This document shows, in pieces, positions 48,395 to 62,526 of a stretch of 64,000 nt of DNA. This stretch comes from Podarcis gaigeae (lineage: Eukaryota). The position numbers were made by a program, and so were the translations under genes. The DNA lies in assembly GCA_964106915.2 (NCBI GenBank), contig OZ066929.1, one strand, 5' to 3'. The number at the start of each line of letters is the position of its first letter. Positions within the stretch are counted from its first letter, which is position 1. The notes under the pieces were generated by a model that saw only the letters and a program-made list of their open reading frames with translations, was not told the origin of the DNA and did no database searches.

Positions 48395-50277
48395 TACTAC
48401 TAAAAATTAATGTAGTATCCCACTATCACTCACTGCTATACAAGAAATGAACTTAAAATTCATGTGCAGATTTTGCACAGTTTAAGAAATGAGTTAAAGA
48501 TTTTCAGAATTAGAACAGGGTAACAGAAAATAATCAACCATCTCATGGGATCACTTTCCACACATTATTCTTATCAATTTAAAAATTCAAGTCCACCTAT
48601 AGAAATTAAGCTAGATAAAAAGAAAAAGGTTTTCCAATTGAAATTCAAATATAAAAAGTGTGTGTGTGTGTGTGTGTGGCACAGTTCCTTGAATGATAAT
48701 CACCTGATATTTTAATACACTTTAAGAATTACAGTGCAAGTAATTAACAAGGCAGATATCCATTAGATTAAAAGGAAGGTATTTAAAATTCCTCAGTGCA
48801 ATTTGCATGTGCACTACAGTTCACTGTAAGAAAAATTAAGTCACTCGAAGATGGAAGGCAATTTGTAACATGGAAAGATTCAAACTCTTAAGTTTATTCA
48901 GAGAAAACTGATTTTTCAATATTTCATTTCCTATTATAGGAAAGATAAGAGAGAATGCCTAATGACCCAAGTTCTGCACTACCTGTTCACAATTCTACTG
49001 CTACTTTATTAGTCACATCTTCTCTGACTTGCCTCATTACACCAGTACTGCAGCTGTCCATATACCTTTGAAAGACAAAACAATAAAACCATTTTGAAAA
49101 GGGTACGTCCGATTTATTTATTATTAGAGAAATTGAAGAAGTTGATAATTTGATCCAAGTATATACATAGTGCTTAAGAACAGCCCTCATTAGTTATTAA
49201 TAATTAAAAGGAATGTTTATATTGCTTGATCCAAGCTCTGGAAAACTGAAGCTTTGGTCCAGCAAAAAATTGTGGAAAGAGGCATGTTGAAGGCTGTATT
49301 GTAATTAATAAAGTGGCACACTTAATCACCACACTTCCCTACAATTTATATGGGCTCTTCAGTTACTGGAACAGATTCGTATCTGATTAGTTTTTTAACG
49401 TCAACATCAGATACCATAAATCATATGGGGTTGGAGGGCAGTTATGTAGAGAAAGCTTGTGCCACTAATGGCCAGCCAAGCATCTGGCACAGAAATTGGT
49501 GACCATATCTTTGATTTCCCTTGGTTACAACAATAAACAGCGACAAGGTCTAAAAGTCAATGAAACAGAATGCAACAGAATTGGATGATAGGACTTACAA
49601 AGAGGCAATACTCTCCCTTATACGCATTCCTATGTAGTTAGCCCATCTCATCCAAATCATAACATGCTGCAAAGAGAACACACCATCATGGTGTTACGAG
49701 TTCTCATTTTTCATGGTCAAGGAGAAAAACATCATCACATTTTAAGCCACTTAGCAACTCAGTGCAGTACACATCAGTTCTCCATGGATTACTTATCTGG
49801 ATTACATGCAGTGACTGAGTGGGATAAGAGAAAGCCACTCATGGGCAGAATGTTCTGCTTGGAGGAGGTAAGTCTTTCAGCAAGACAACCATACTACAAC
49901 TACAAAACTCTGTAAACATAGTCCACCTCTGACCAGCTGCAGGATTACATAAAGTAGCTCATACTGAAACAGTATAAACAAAAAGATGTATCTTCCATCT
50001 TAAATCAATCATTATTTTTGTTACCTGACATTAACTATTGTCATTTCCAAAAGGAAATGGATTAAAACATATGCATTAAAGAGAAAGGACAAATACTGTA
50101 AGACAATAGTAATTAAAGTAGGAAATTTTTTGATTGCATCAATTAATCACTAATTACAAAATAGAGTGTTCTCATCAGAAATATCTCCTGATAAAGTCTG
50201 ATTAGTACCAATGGACAATACAATCTATGAACATCTTCTGATCCAGGCATAGAGATGTTCCAAAGAAAAAAATGCTT

Positions 50278-50406
50278 GGGTTGTATCCAACTACATTTTC
50301 TTAAGAGTAGACACACAGTAAACACATTTAAATTAACAGACCCAAATTAGTCAGCCATTATTTTCAATGGGTCTACTCTGAATAGGATTAGCACTGGATA
50401 CAATCC
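50278..50406. repeat. ~125-bp palindromic interspersed repeat
   Basis: ggttgtatccaa..agagtagac / gtctactct..tggatacaatcc. Other copies at 53373-53492 and ~63373-63440. Confidence 0.7.
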
Positions 50407-53400
50407 TATGGTCACTTTAGCTGTTCTCATCTTCATTTACTAGTTACATCTCTATATTGTCCTTCCTCCAAGAAGCTTTGAGCTGTATGCCTTAGGACTG
50501 CATTGTTGGTAGATAAAGCAAATAGACAATGGCTGAATTTAAACAATATTGTAGTGATGGTTGTTATGCTAACCAGACATACAAACGTGGCTTACAGCAG
50601 CTTGCCTGCATTGCTTTTTATCTTCTTTGCTTTGCAAATTCACTACAAGGAAGTAGCCTCCAGAGGCAGAGCATTGTTTTAAACTATAGTTTATTGATTC
50701 AAGCATCACACCAAACCACAGTCTGCAAGTCCCCTTCAAACCATTTGTTTAAAGTTGTGGTTTGCCAGCTGATGCCTTGTCAGTTCAGACATGTCATTAA
50801 ATTATCATTAAGCTTCAAACACTGTTGACTAGCTTTCCTAAACCCACTCAGTGAGCTGCAAAGCAGAATTCAAACCTGAACCCATTCCCCACACCTAAAC
50901 CCAACCCTTTAGCCCCTAAACAACCACTGCTCTCAAACAGCCCCAATTGTTAATCTGCTTTAAATCCACAATGTAGATACCCCTTCAAGTGCCATTTCAG
51001 CACTAGCTGAGCTCTGATTTTCTGTGTCCAATCTCTAACAAAGATACACTTTAAAGAAATACTTCAGAAGCAAAAATTATGAAAAGCATTATGAAAATTA
51101 TGCTGAAGAGAATGCTAAAATCATCTAAAACAGTAAGGTTAACATTTCCATGATGTGTCAAAAAAAGAATGGGAAGAGAAATTTGACATCTCAGAAACAA
51201 TAGCTTCATAGATGCTTGGAGCACCAGTAAGTGGCTCCCTCAGAGAAAACCTTTTTTGTTCAAGAAGATCCATCCAAAAACTTATTGGACACATTAAGCT
51301 TAAACAACTCATTGCTGGTTAAGCTGAGCGCACACAATGTTTCAGAATTGTCAGAACAATTGCTTCATTTAATACCTCAACTTAAAAGGCACATTTAAAA
51401 TTGTCCTCCTAATGCGTTATCAGACACTACTTTACAAGAGCAACCTCTTAAGACTGCAAATTTTTATTTATCAAACATACCAACCTTCTTAACACTGTAA
51501 GCATAACTAAACCACCTAAAAGCACTGCAGGAATTTGGATGGATGAAATTTTAAAATAGTGTTTGGAATGAAGTTGACAGTACACAAACTGACACTGTAT
51601 GAACTTCCTAATGTTGACTGTAAGAAAACTTAGAACAGAATGGCTAAAAATATATTGTGTATCTGTTAAGCTGACAGATCAATTTATTTGGGAAGCTGTC
51701 ACTGACAGAAGTAATTAAACTATTTGTATGATTTTTTTTAAGTTCTTACAAGAGGGGAGAACTAAATGTATTTTGGATTGAACTTTATAAATTTCAATTA
51801 TACTAAATCTACAATTATGCTACTACCCACAATGACTACTACCCACAATGGTGTATTCTACCTCCAGAGTTGGAGGCAGTGAATACCAGTGGCTTGGAAT
51901 CAATGGAAAGAGTACTGCTACATTCAAGTCCTGCTTGTGGGCCTCCTTTGGGTATCTAGTGGGCCACTGTGAAAACAGGGTGCTGAACTAGATGGGCCTT
52001 TGGCCTGATCCAGTAGGGATTTTCTTCTCTCTTTAGCCAATGTTTAAAAAGGAAACCTGGTTAAAGTCTACATTTACCATAAAACTGAGTCATGACATGC
52101 CAAACAGCAATTTAAATGTTCCATAATAAAGTCATATACAGACATATCAAACTTTTGAACTGAAGCATTATAAGAAACATTAGAAGTTATACATCATATT
52201 TCAGTTGTTGTGTGCTTTCTATGGGACCTAGGGACTAGGGTGTCAAAGGTGTCACATCTCAGGAGATGCCATCACGTGTCTCATCAGGATGGAACACACA
52301 TTAATTTTCTTGTACTCCTATTTTGCGCCATCCAAGTATCTCAACTCTGCCATGTATTCTGTTCTCAAATTATGAGTGTTTACAACAGCTAAAGAGCACT
52401 GACACTTCCATCTCATAGATAAATACTTTTTGAGTAACTACCACCAGTTCCTTTTCAGGAAAGTTCTGAACACTTACTTCTGAGACTGAGCTGTAAATCT
52501 CACTTTGACTGCATCCTGAGCCTTCAAGCAAGTGATCTTGCTTAGTATCCTCGTATATATGTAGAGTCAGACAAAGCCGAATTCTAGATAAGCAGGTATA
52601 GTTTTGCAGTGCAAAAGACATATGGGCTGCAAGGCCAAATGTTTTAAATTGTAATCCTATAATGACTCATTTAGTTGCCAGCCAATATGTGGTAATTGTT
52701 ATACCAACTAGTTTGCAGGCATGCTGTTCAAAAAGAAAAATCAGAAATGGGAAACTTGATTTACAATAATGATTTAAATCATCCTGATGCATGTCAATTT
52801 TTAACAGACATAGATGTTTCTCTTCTAATGGGGTAGCCTTGAATGAAGACATTTGATTCCTAGCTGTGCATTTGTATTGAAGAGAGTACACTGTCGATGA
52901 GTAGCAGCAGCAGTCAAGTCTGTCAAACTCCTAGCAGTCCTTTAATTTTCCTCTTAAAGTGCATGGTAGACTAGATTAGGTGACGTATAAGCCAAACAAT
53001 GTTCCATCTGAAACCCCACCTTAATTAGCAAACACCATACATTAACAATGACTGCCCAGCCCAGATTATTGCAATTGAACCCACAATTTCCAAAACCAGA
53101 ACTCTAATTTATAGTCTCAGTCCTATGTCCAAATAAAGACACTATTAATCTTCCATTAAAAGTAGTGCTAAGGCAAGTTTGTGGTACTCAAGAGTAGCTA
53201 AGCATCCTTTCCCTTGTTTTACAGTTGACAGAAGCAGAGTTCCAATTATGACTGGTAGCATACAAGGTTACCTTGACAGGCTGTGTGTATCCTATTCACT
53301 ATATTATTGCTATCTTTGACTTCCCATTATGCCGCACAGTTTGATAATAATATACAACGGGTATGGGTAATATTGGGTATCCAACATTAAGTCATACTCA

Positions 53401-56400
53401 AAGCAGACTCACTGAAATTAATTGACATAGCTAACTTAGGTCCATTAATTCCAACAGGTTTACTCTGAGTAGAACTTAAGTTTGATACAACCTGTTAGTC
53501 CTACTCCTGAATTTATCCTTGTTTACATACTTGTAATCTTGCCTATATTTCAGTTGTTCATGATTTCTTAAATTTTATATTCTGAAAAGTTATCCCAGCT
53601 TCTTCCAGTAAGCTCAGAGAGTATAATGTCCCTGCTCCCTTCTATTCTCACAACTGCCTTGTGATGTACATTGCACCAGTGATTCTCTCTCAGTCTAAGG
53701 TTAGCTTATAAACTTCAAAGCTGAGAAGGCATCTGAACCTGGAATTTCCCATTCATAGTCCAACACTATTTATTACACCACACTGAACAATCAACAGATC
53801 ATCCAAAGGAGTTTTTTTATAGTATTTAGTAAAAGTGACGTTCTAAATCCACTCTGATGCATATTTATAAGTTCTACTGACTGATGACTTGAGTGGCATC
53901 TGTACCATATCATGCCTAAGACATGGTACAGAAGCTAAGAACGTAGTTAAGACAGTAACTGTCCCAAATGAAGATTTGGATGAACAGGAATCAAGAAAAA
54001 ATTAAGTACAGCAATACAAAAAAGTTAAGAATCTGACTGGACTTGGATCTGGGCTCTATTCTCCAAGAAGCCATAAATTCACTTTATGAACTCTTAGATT
54101 GCAATTCTAAATGCACTAATGAACAGGGAGACCTCTGCCCAGATATGATTCCATTTGCACAGCTGATTCCATGACTCAGCTTACAGCACTGACAAGATTA
54201 TGCATAGCATAATATAGCTATATTACAAAACAATTTAAGGTACAATTTAAAAGGGAAAGAATGGAAATTGCAGAGTACAACATCATAAACCAGAAAGATT
54301 TTTACAGAGGCTGAGAACATGACAATGCATCCTTTTACTAGGGAAGGTTTCCCATACTTTTAAGAGACATGATAAGCACACACACACCAGGATCCAGATG
54401 TTCACCCCAACATTCACAACATAATGTTAAATTTTATGCTAATATGACAGCTACAATCTTTGTTCTGTATTCACCATGTGTCAGACGTGAATTGTCCACC
54501 CGTAAACAGGCACTGAAAAATATAGAAAGGGTCAAACCTTTTTGCCACCTGAAATGTAAATACCACAGGCTAGAACAGTAGGCATCCTTAGAAGTCTTAT
54601 AGTAGTACCGTTTGCAAGTAAACAACAACAACACCAAAAACACCAAAAACAGATTTTCCTAATGACAACTTTAACCTATTCACAAAATAAAAGCACCTCA
54701 ACACTGAGTATCACTATATATAATAATTGAGACCCTTTTAATTTCTGGATTATATTCAAAGGCAATGTGTGACATTCTAACCCAAAAGCAAGTATATTAA
54801 ATCTTGCCACAAACTTTACAAAACATTTAAAACGTGTTCCGTTTTAGGTTGCACTTCAGCAAGGCCAAAAGGAAGATTATATAATCAACAAGCAAATCAT
54901 ATAAGCATATAATAAGCTAAAAAGACTATCTATATAACTATATATCTATATATAAATAAGCCTTGAAAGTGGGAGGAGGAGACAGAACAGAACATATAAT
55001 CCTATTAACTCCCATTTTTTTCTTTGCATATATGCATTTTCTTCCTGCGTTAAGTGTGAGTATTCAGGGTCAACCCAAATCTCAAGGTCAATGGTTTTAG
55101 TCAATTTAGAGTTTGTGTCCCCTTATACAATAGACACTCTAGCAAACAACCAAACTATTTGGTTTGAAGAGATGCAGGAAACAGCAGCTACTCATAAAAG
55201 AAATGCTAAAAAATTATACTATATATGGTACAGTTTAATCCACACCCATATTGATAAGAATCAAATTGTGCTTTGTCCGATACAATCTATGTATATTCAC
55301 CCTTGTTAAGAATTGGATTTGGCATGACAAAGATTGAATATCAATGAGAACACTGCCATCCTTCATTAGGTAAGTGTAAAGAAAGATGGAGCATCATGTT
55401 TACCATTCCATCAGAGTGTTTTCCATATCCTTTTGTCCTACATTTTTTCTGTACTCTTTAAAAATGTGTCAAAGGATAACAGTGCTCAATTTGATCTTAC
55501 TTGTGGAGAGGAGGAAAGACAAGACAGAGTGTAAAGGTAACACTCTGCTACAGAAAACCACCACAAAATGTAAGAACAAATGAAGTCACCATTCACTAAT
55601 GTAGAAATTTGATATGTACTATTTGTGTAAATATATCATATCCCAAATGAAGTAAAAAAGTGAAAATCTGTGTCAATCAGAAAGATAATCAAACAACAAC
55701 AAAAACCCTTGCTTTCCAACATTGACTGGCTACTTTACTGCTAGACAAATCAAGATCTACGGAAGGGGGGGGGGTGATAAATAAAGACTACTACATTCAC
55801 TTGATTTCTATGCCACTAGACTCCTCCCTAAAGAACAGACTTCATTGTTACTGCAATTACTATACCTTCCAATCCAGTAAAAACACAAGCAGAAAATGGG
55901 CGGTGTGAATGCTATGAAAAGGGTAATCTAGCCATTTCACAGCTTCTGCCTTACTCCACCCAGTTTTCTCCTCAATGGCTGTGCTCGCTGTACTCGCCCT
56001 CCATAAACACAATCCAACCAAACAAGAACACACAAAACATTACTGACAAACTAATGTATCTGTGGCAGAGGCTTTTGTTAAAAGTGTTCTCTTTGTTCAA
56101 AAAAATCTGATTCAGGGATATTCTAAACCACTCTGAATAATAATAATAATAATAATAATTCAGCTACACTGAAAAATCCTGTCCCACACCGCCAAGCAAT
56201 TCAATGGTGCACAATTGTTTAATTATAAATCTGAGAATTCGGACCATTCCACCCCCTCCTCCACACCCGATAGTGCAGTCCACAAATGTGATATGCACAG
56301 TAGCAAGATGTAAAAGAATTCCAGGGGGGAATTGAATATGCAAACAGGTTAATGCACCTAAATACATCACTATTCTCCCCACCCCCACCCCCTTTGGGTG

Positions 56401-58889
56401 GACAGAGGGAGAGGCACAGTGAAAACTGTTAGTATAGCTTCCAACACTCATGGCTAGGAAACTCACTCCAAAAATATTTGACCTGCATCAATCAAGCCAT
56501 ACTGCAGTAGTATCGGAACATTTTTCTCCCCAGCCAATGCTACTAAACCAAATAAGATGGGATGTGACTAGTCTCAGAGGCTGAGTGCATAATTTCTCTT
56601 TCCCCCACCCACATCACCACTCCAAAAACATCTTGTATAAGTGTGTGACCCACCTTAACTTCTTCACAGAAGTAAGGTAAAAGGGAAGAGAGAATCACAA
56701 AGCTAAATTGTTACAATAAGAGCTGTATTCTGAACAATACAGAACAAACAAGCACCTTAATGGAATGAGATTCCTTGCTGGCATCTCTAGCATCACTCCT
56801 CCTCCCCATCTTTCAAAAGGGCAATTTCTTCTCTAAGCTGCCAGCAATGAGGTTCTACCAGCAATGAGGTGCTAACCCCCAACATGTGGAATCTTATCTC
56901 CATAAGTGTTCATCACATCCTCCTCCCATTTTTGCTGCAGCTTGTTCTGAAGGTCTGAGCCACCTCCTAGCAATGATTTTTCTCTTACTCAGTCACTGCA
57001 GGGAGATTGGTGGTCTGTCAAAAGGCCCTTTTCCACCAGATTAGAGCTGCCAGACATCTCTTTTATGTTGTGTACCACAGATCATTTATTTTAATGAGCC
57101 AGTACCCCAACACTCATCTTGTTTAAAACAAACAACACAGAGAAGCAGGCCAACTTGCCAACAAACAGTAATTCTCCTCCCATTTTTGTCAACAAGAAAG
57201 GAATAAAGAAATGCAAGGAGCATGTGGGGGGGGGGAGAGATCTATGATATATTTCCTTTCAATCTGACTTCCTCTCTACTTCCAGGCCTTTATTGGGGTC
57301 ACTATCACTACAACCTCCTCCACCCCATTTATCGGGAAGTCGCCAGAAGAGATCATCATTATGGAATGCAGGTGGTCAAGCAGTGGAGTGGCAGTAAATA
57401 TGAAGAAAAGATAATGAAAGAAGAGTGTGGTAGGAGACCAGAGTTGTGGGCTGTGAGACAAAGCTTACAGAAATATGGAACTGAAAAATGGACCGGAGGT
57501 TGCAAGAAGGGAGATTCAAGAATAAGAGGCTAGTAAAGAAATACTACAGATATAACAGAGCTGGGAGTAGAGGACTAAAGCTGAAGAAAAGCAGGATTCT
57601 GAATGTCAGAAGCAAAAGTAAGATGGGTGCAAAGGCTGGTCTAGACTAGAGCACGAAGGGCCTTCAAGCAAGGCAGCATGATGAGGTTTCAGAGTGACAA
57701 AGCAGATGCAAGAAGGGGAGATGATAGAGCTAGGAACAGAGGATGTAGAGAGATGCTGTGGTAGTAGGAGGTAGTGGGTACCAACAAATTATGCTTTAAA
57801 AGATGGCTTAAGAATGGGGGAAAACCAGAGAGCAAAGGGTGTGATCAGACTCCTCCAGATAGAGAAAGGAGATGAAGAGGTGTGTACAGAGGGGAGGGGA
57901 GAAATGCAGTAACGCAGGATTATGGGGCGGAGATGCTACGGCAGAATTGAGGAACTGAAAAACTGGAAAAGATCACATCCAGCTGGAGAGGGATGCTGAG
58001 AATTCAGATAATAGTAAAACAGCAGTATTAGGAGCCTCCCCCCTCCCACCAATGGAAAATCTATATCCTTTAATGGAAAATGTAACATTAAAGGGAAGCT
58101 AGTTTCTCAGCCAAGGTGAGGGGCCACAGACCTCCATAGATAAACAAAATTGGAAGTCAAAGGGCAACTATATACTCATTTGTACACCCTCTCTAACAGG
58201 AAAGAGGGGTAAGAAGGAAAAGAAACCCTTTTGCTTCCTATTAGAAGACAAGTGTCACCTATAAGATGGGTGTGGAAGAGAAACAAGGCGCAGCCCCACT
58301 AGAGAGGGTCACACGTGCCCCACTCCCGTTAAAAAGGAAAGTAGGATGAAAGAGGAAAAATAACCTTGATTCCGCTAGAGACTGAGAAAGGGTAATATAT
58401 CAAAAGGGGGGGTGTAATGAGGGGGGAACCAAACTACCCACCCAACTACTATGGGGGGGACCGGGAAAAGAATAAACAGGGTCATGCCGTTTGGCAGGAG
58501 GTGGGTGCGGGGTGTGGGTGCATGGAGAGATGTTCAGGAGAGATGCTGGATGCGGGGAAAGAGGCAGAGGTAATCATAGTACAGGGGTGGCTAAAGGCCA
58601 GGAGGAAGAACAACGTTTGTGTGTGGAGGGCGGATGAGCGGGAGCAAAGGAAAGCACGCCATACGCGTTTTTCTTGCCTAGTCACCTAAGGAAAGAAGGG
58701 GAGAAGAGAGGGGGGTATCCGACAGAGGAGAAGAATGGGCAGCGTGCATTTCAGAGAGACGTACGAATGAAGGTTGGGGCGTGAAGGGGGCAAAACACAA
58801 ACACGCGATGACGACGGTAAGGATGCGAGTCGGAGAAAGAGAGGGAAGCCTTATTCATCCCTCCCTTTCTCCTTCTCTCCTCCCTTCCC

Positions 58890-59860
58890 CCCCCCACCCC
58901 CGTCTCAATATCAACGGGCGCGGCGGCCATTTTGAGAGCGAGCTGGAAAGAAGCGAGGAAGGAAGGAGGGAGGGAGAGGAGGAGGAGGCGGCGGCGGCGG
59001 CAACAGCAGCAACACGAGCAGCCCCAAGCCGGGGCCTACCGCCCGTTCACCCCGCGCCGAATATACATAAATAAATAAAGCAAAGCGCCACAGTACAAGC
59101 CCGTGTCGCGCCTTATAGGTGTGACACCCTCCCTTCTCCCGCTGGACCCAGAAGCCGGCCGGCCTTACCCGAGCCTCCGAGGCCGCTCCCACCAGTTCAC
59201 CGGCGCCGGTTCCGCACGCGAGGCGAGCGCGTACTGTGAGGGGGGAAATTGCTGGTCGCTTCCTTGGGCCCGGGGGAGGCACACAGCCGGCCTCGCCGAA
59301 GAAGGGCTCTCTCGGCCCCCTCCCCTTTTGCCGGCTTGTGGAGAAAGAAGATGGAGGAAGCTTGTGGGAGGAGGCTGGCTGAGGAGGGGCAGGCGGAGGG
59401 GTCGCAGCGGTGTTCCTTCTTCGGCGGTAATGGTCGTCGCGCTCGTCGTCGTCGTCTTCCTTCGTCGTCGTCGTCGGCAGCAGCAGCGGCGTCGACCGCC
59501 CTTTTCCCGCCCCGGTCTTGTCAGTGGCGCCCCGGCCGCCAGGAAGGAAGGAGGGAGGGAGCAGCAGCGGAGGAGGGAGCAGGCTCGGCCCGCTTTAAGA
59601 ACTGCGCATGTGCGGAGAGGGGAGGGGATAGCAGCCCGGAGACCATCTTGCGGGGAGGCCGACGCGCGCCGACTCCCGGCGTGCAGCGCGGCCGAGGAGA
59701 AGGCGGCGGCGCGGGGTGGGCGGCGACGACGACGAGGGTAGCCGCCGCCGCCGCCACAGCAGCAGCAACACCCGCCCGGACTCTGTTCCCGACATGCACC
59801 GCGGCCAGTTTACCTCAGCCCGCCTGGCGGCTTCTGCCTGTGTGGCGGTCGGTCGGTTTT
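58890..59860. promoter_or_regulatory. CpG island / PAFAH1B1 promoter
   Basis: Very high GC and CpG density against a CpG-depleted background. NRF1-like TGCGCATGTGCG at 59603-59614, YY1-type motifs at 58923-58934 and 59642-59650, and GC boxes. Confidence 0.9.
59169..59590 (-). other. PAFAH1B1: Putative non-coding exon 1 of PAFAH1B1 (5' end approximate)
   Basis: GC-rich with no ATG on the - strand. Ends at a good donor GGCTCGG|GTAAGG. LIS1 is known to have an untranslated first exon and a long intron 1. Confidence 0.6.
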
Positions 59861-62259
59861 CTCCTCAACCCTCTCCTGTTTACACTCACCATTGTTACTC
59901 TCTTATCACACTCATCAACAATATGATTATGGTTATGATTATTAAAATACTTCTATTGGTCTTAATTTCAAACAATCGTCCTTGTGATCGTCGCGTTTTC
60001 TGACGAGCTCAAGGCGGCGGACGAACCGCAGCACCAACAACAACATCATTTTAAAATTCAAAAACGGCTCACAAGTCGTGCTGTCAACAATATTTTTAAA
60101 ATTAAAGACCCCCTTTTAAAACAACAACAACCCACCCGCAGCAATCAGTAATCCTTCACAGACAAGCAGCGGAGAAAAATTTCTTAGCCAATGATTTATT
60201 TTATGAACAATCATGTCTTATGTTTCTTAAATGACTGGCGGTTCATTTTCATTATCTTTTAGCTTTTTTTGTAAACCACCCATGAAATATACAGTGATGG
60301 GCAGCAATATAAATGTAATATTATTAATGACATTACTAATGTCCTCTTGCACGTTTTTCTTACAGAACAGGTGGAAATTCTCTTGCAGTCTAGTTCCACT
60401 AAAATTTGTTCTCAACACCTCTTACATCGTTATGTTGGTACAAGCTAAATCTCTATGTACAACCTCCTGAGTTCCATAGGTCTTATTGCCAAGTAAAAAA
60501 ATACGGTGGCGGCCTTATTCATTTATTTTTACTTCAATGTTCCTTTTTTATAAAAAGCATTCATAGCGCTTCTCTCACACCCTCAAAAAAAGCTTTGGAA
60601 TAACAATAGTGTCAGTCTTAGTTGCGCTAACAGCACCATGTAGGTGGAAATACCAGCATAGGTGTTTTGTTCTCTAATACAACCTTTCAGCCATCAAAAT
60701 GGCCCCAAACAATACAATTCAAAGAAGAAAATAAAATTTAAAAATCCCAAAATAAGAGTTAAAAGTTTGGCCAATTATTAGTTTCATTCTGAACTTTCAT
60801 TCCAAAGGGGTTGCAAAGTATAAGACTACAGTTCGCTGTCTGAAAAGCTAGTAATCTAAAATTAAACTCACAAGGAAATGGAGGCAGGGGTATACTGGGA
60901 AAATACTGTTACTGTAAATTATCATTTACAAAGCACTTTAATTTTCCTAGGGACAGTACACAGATTAACCTGTGCACAGGCTTACAGTCTAATAGACACC
61001 ACATTGGAGGAAAAGGGAATAGGGAGGGAAGAGGAAAACAAGTACACAAAGGTTGCCGTTTTTAAAGTTACATACAGGCGACTCAATTTACACTGGGGTT
61101 ACATTCCAAGGAGAGCATGTAAAGCCAAAAATTGTGTATGGTCAAAACCACCCTGGCTACCCTATGGAAGCGGGTCTCATGGACTCTAAACTGCATAGGA
61201 GGTAGGGTGGGCATGTGGGTCAATGCTGCTTATGGTTAACTAGAAGATTGGTGGATCAAGCCCCCCAGGGACAGTTGTGGGCAGGACTAGAAGACCCTTG
61301 GGGTCCCTTCCAACTGTACAATTCTATGATTCAATTCTATGTCTTCATTTGCAGAACTCTCCTCTGTTTGATGGACAGCTATTAAAGGAGTCCTCTATCT
61401 GAAATATAGTTGGAGCCAAATTTGTTTTGAAGAGGAAGAACCAGAAGAGAGAGAAGTGGAGGGACTTGTGCTTCTCCATCAAGTTAGCACCCGGACAGCA
61501 GACCAAGCCGACACATTATTCGCAGTTGTCATGATTTTGGTGAGATGGATTATTATTATTATTATTATTATTATTTATTAAATTTATGTACTACCCTTCA
61601 GCTGAAGATCTGAGGGCGGTTTGCAACATAAAAGAACAAAATACATAACATAATAGCAAAAAACAACAACAACAACAACACAACAGCAACCAAGCATGAC
61701 ACATAATGCTGTGACTCAGGAAAGAATTTTGCTTTGTTCATTATTGTTTTATTAATAGAAATGAAAAACTGTTTTTCAAAATTTTGTATAGTTTCTAGTT
61801 TAGTTTTTGGTGGAAGTTGAACTGCAGCAGAATGGAAGCAGTGTTGAATGTGACAAATACATGGCGGGAATGAAAATAATACCTTCCAGCATCCACTTTA
61901 ACACAGATTGGGATTAAGGTTTCCTCTCAAGAGTTCCTGGTACTTTTGTGATGCCGCAAAATAGCAAGTAGATACACCTCATCCTGTTATAGAGGTATAA
62001 TCCATCTGGCTTAGATGGAGGTGCGTGGGTGAATTAGTCTGAACGAAACCTGAATTGACTTAAATATATAATGCAGACATGTTATGTAAGGAGTTGTAAA
62101 TGGTGCTTCACCCTCTACAACAGGGGCAGCTAACCTACAGCTCTCCAGATATTGTTGGAATCCTCCTCCCATCCACCCCAGCTACAATGGTCTATGGTCA
62201 GAAATGGTGAAAGTTGTGGAAAGTGCTCTTGTTAAACTTTAGTATCCTTCAAGCTTCCA

Positions 62260-62526
62260 CTAGCAGTCCAGCGCTGCCTTAGGAATTCAAATAACACAAC
62301 CCCTGTGAGATTTTTAGATGGACAGTGTAATTTGTGGGTTTTAGTCATAATTTAGTCTGCCATCTTGATTCAAAATGCCACTTGGCATTCAAACGTCAAC
62401 CAAGACTGCAGCCCCTACCTCGGGAACATTCGTGTCAAATTTGGCAGCAATATCTCAAAAGAGGTGGCCAAACCTATAGAGCACAGATGGACAGACAGAC
62501 AAACTGTTTCCAAAATATACAGTAGA
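62260..62526 (-). mobile_element. Non-autonomous Helitron-like element
   Basis: On the - strand: A|TC start, (TCTG)n near the 5' end, a GC-rich degenerate hairpin, then a CTAG|T end. No TSD. Confidence 0.6.

Noticed and set aside
59103-60003. Long ORFs in the CpG island (212 aa, 225 aa, 123 aa and others)
   Set aside because: Low-complexity Arg/Ala/Gly translations expected from GC-rich, stop-poor DNA. Mostly non-ATG starts and no recognisable domain.
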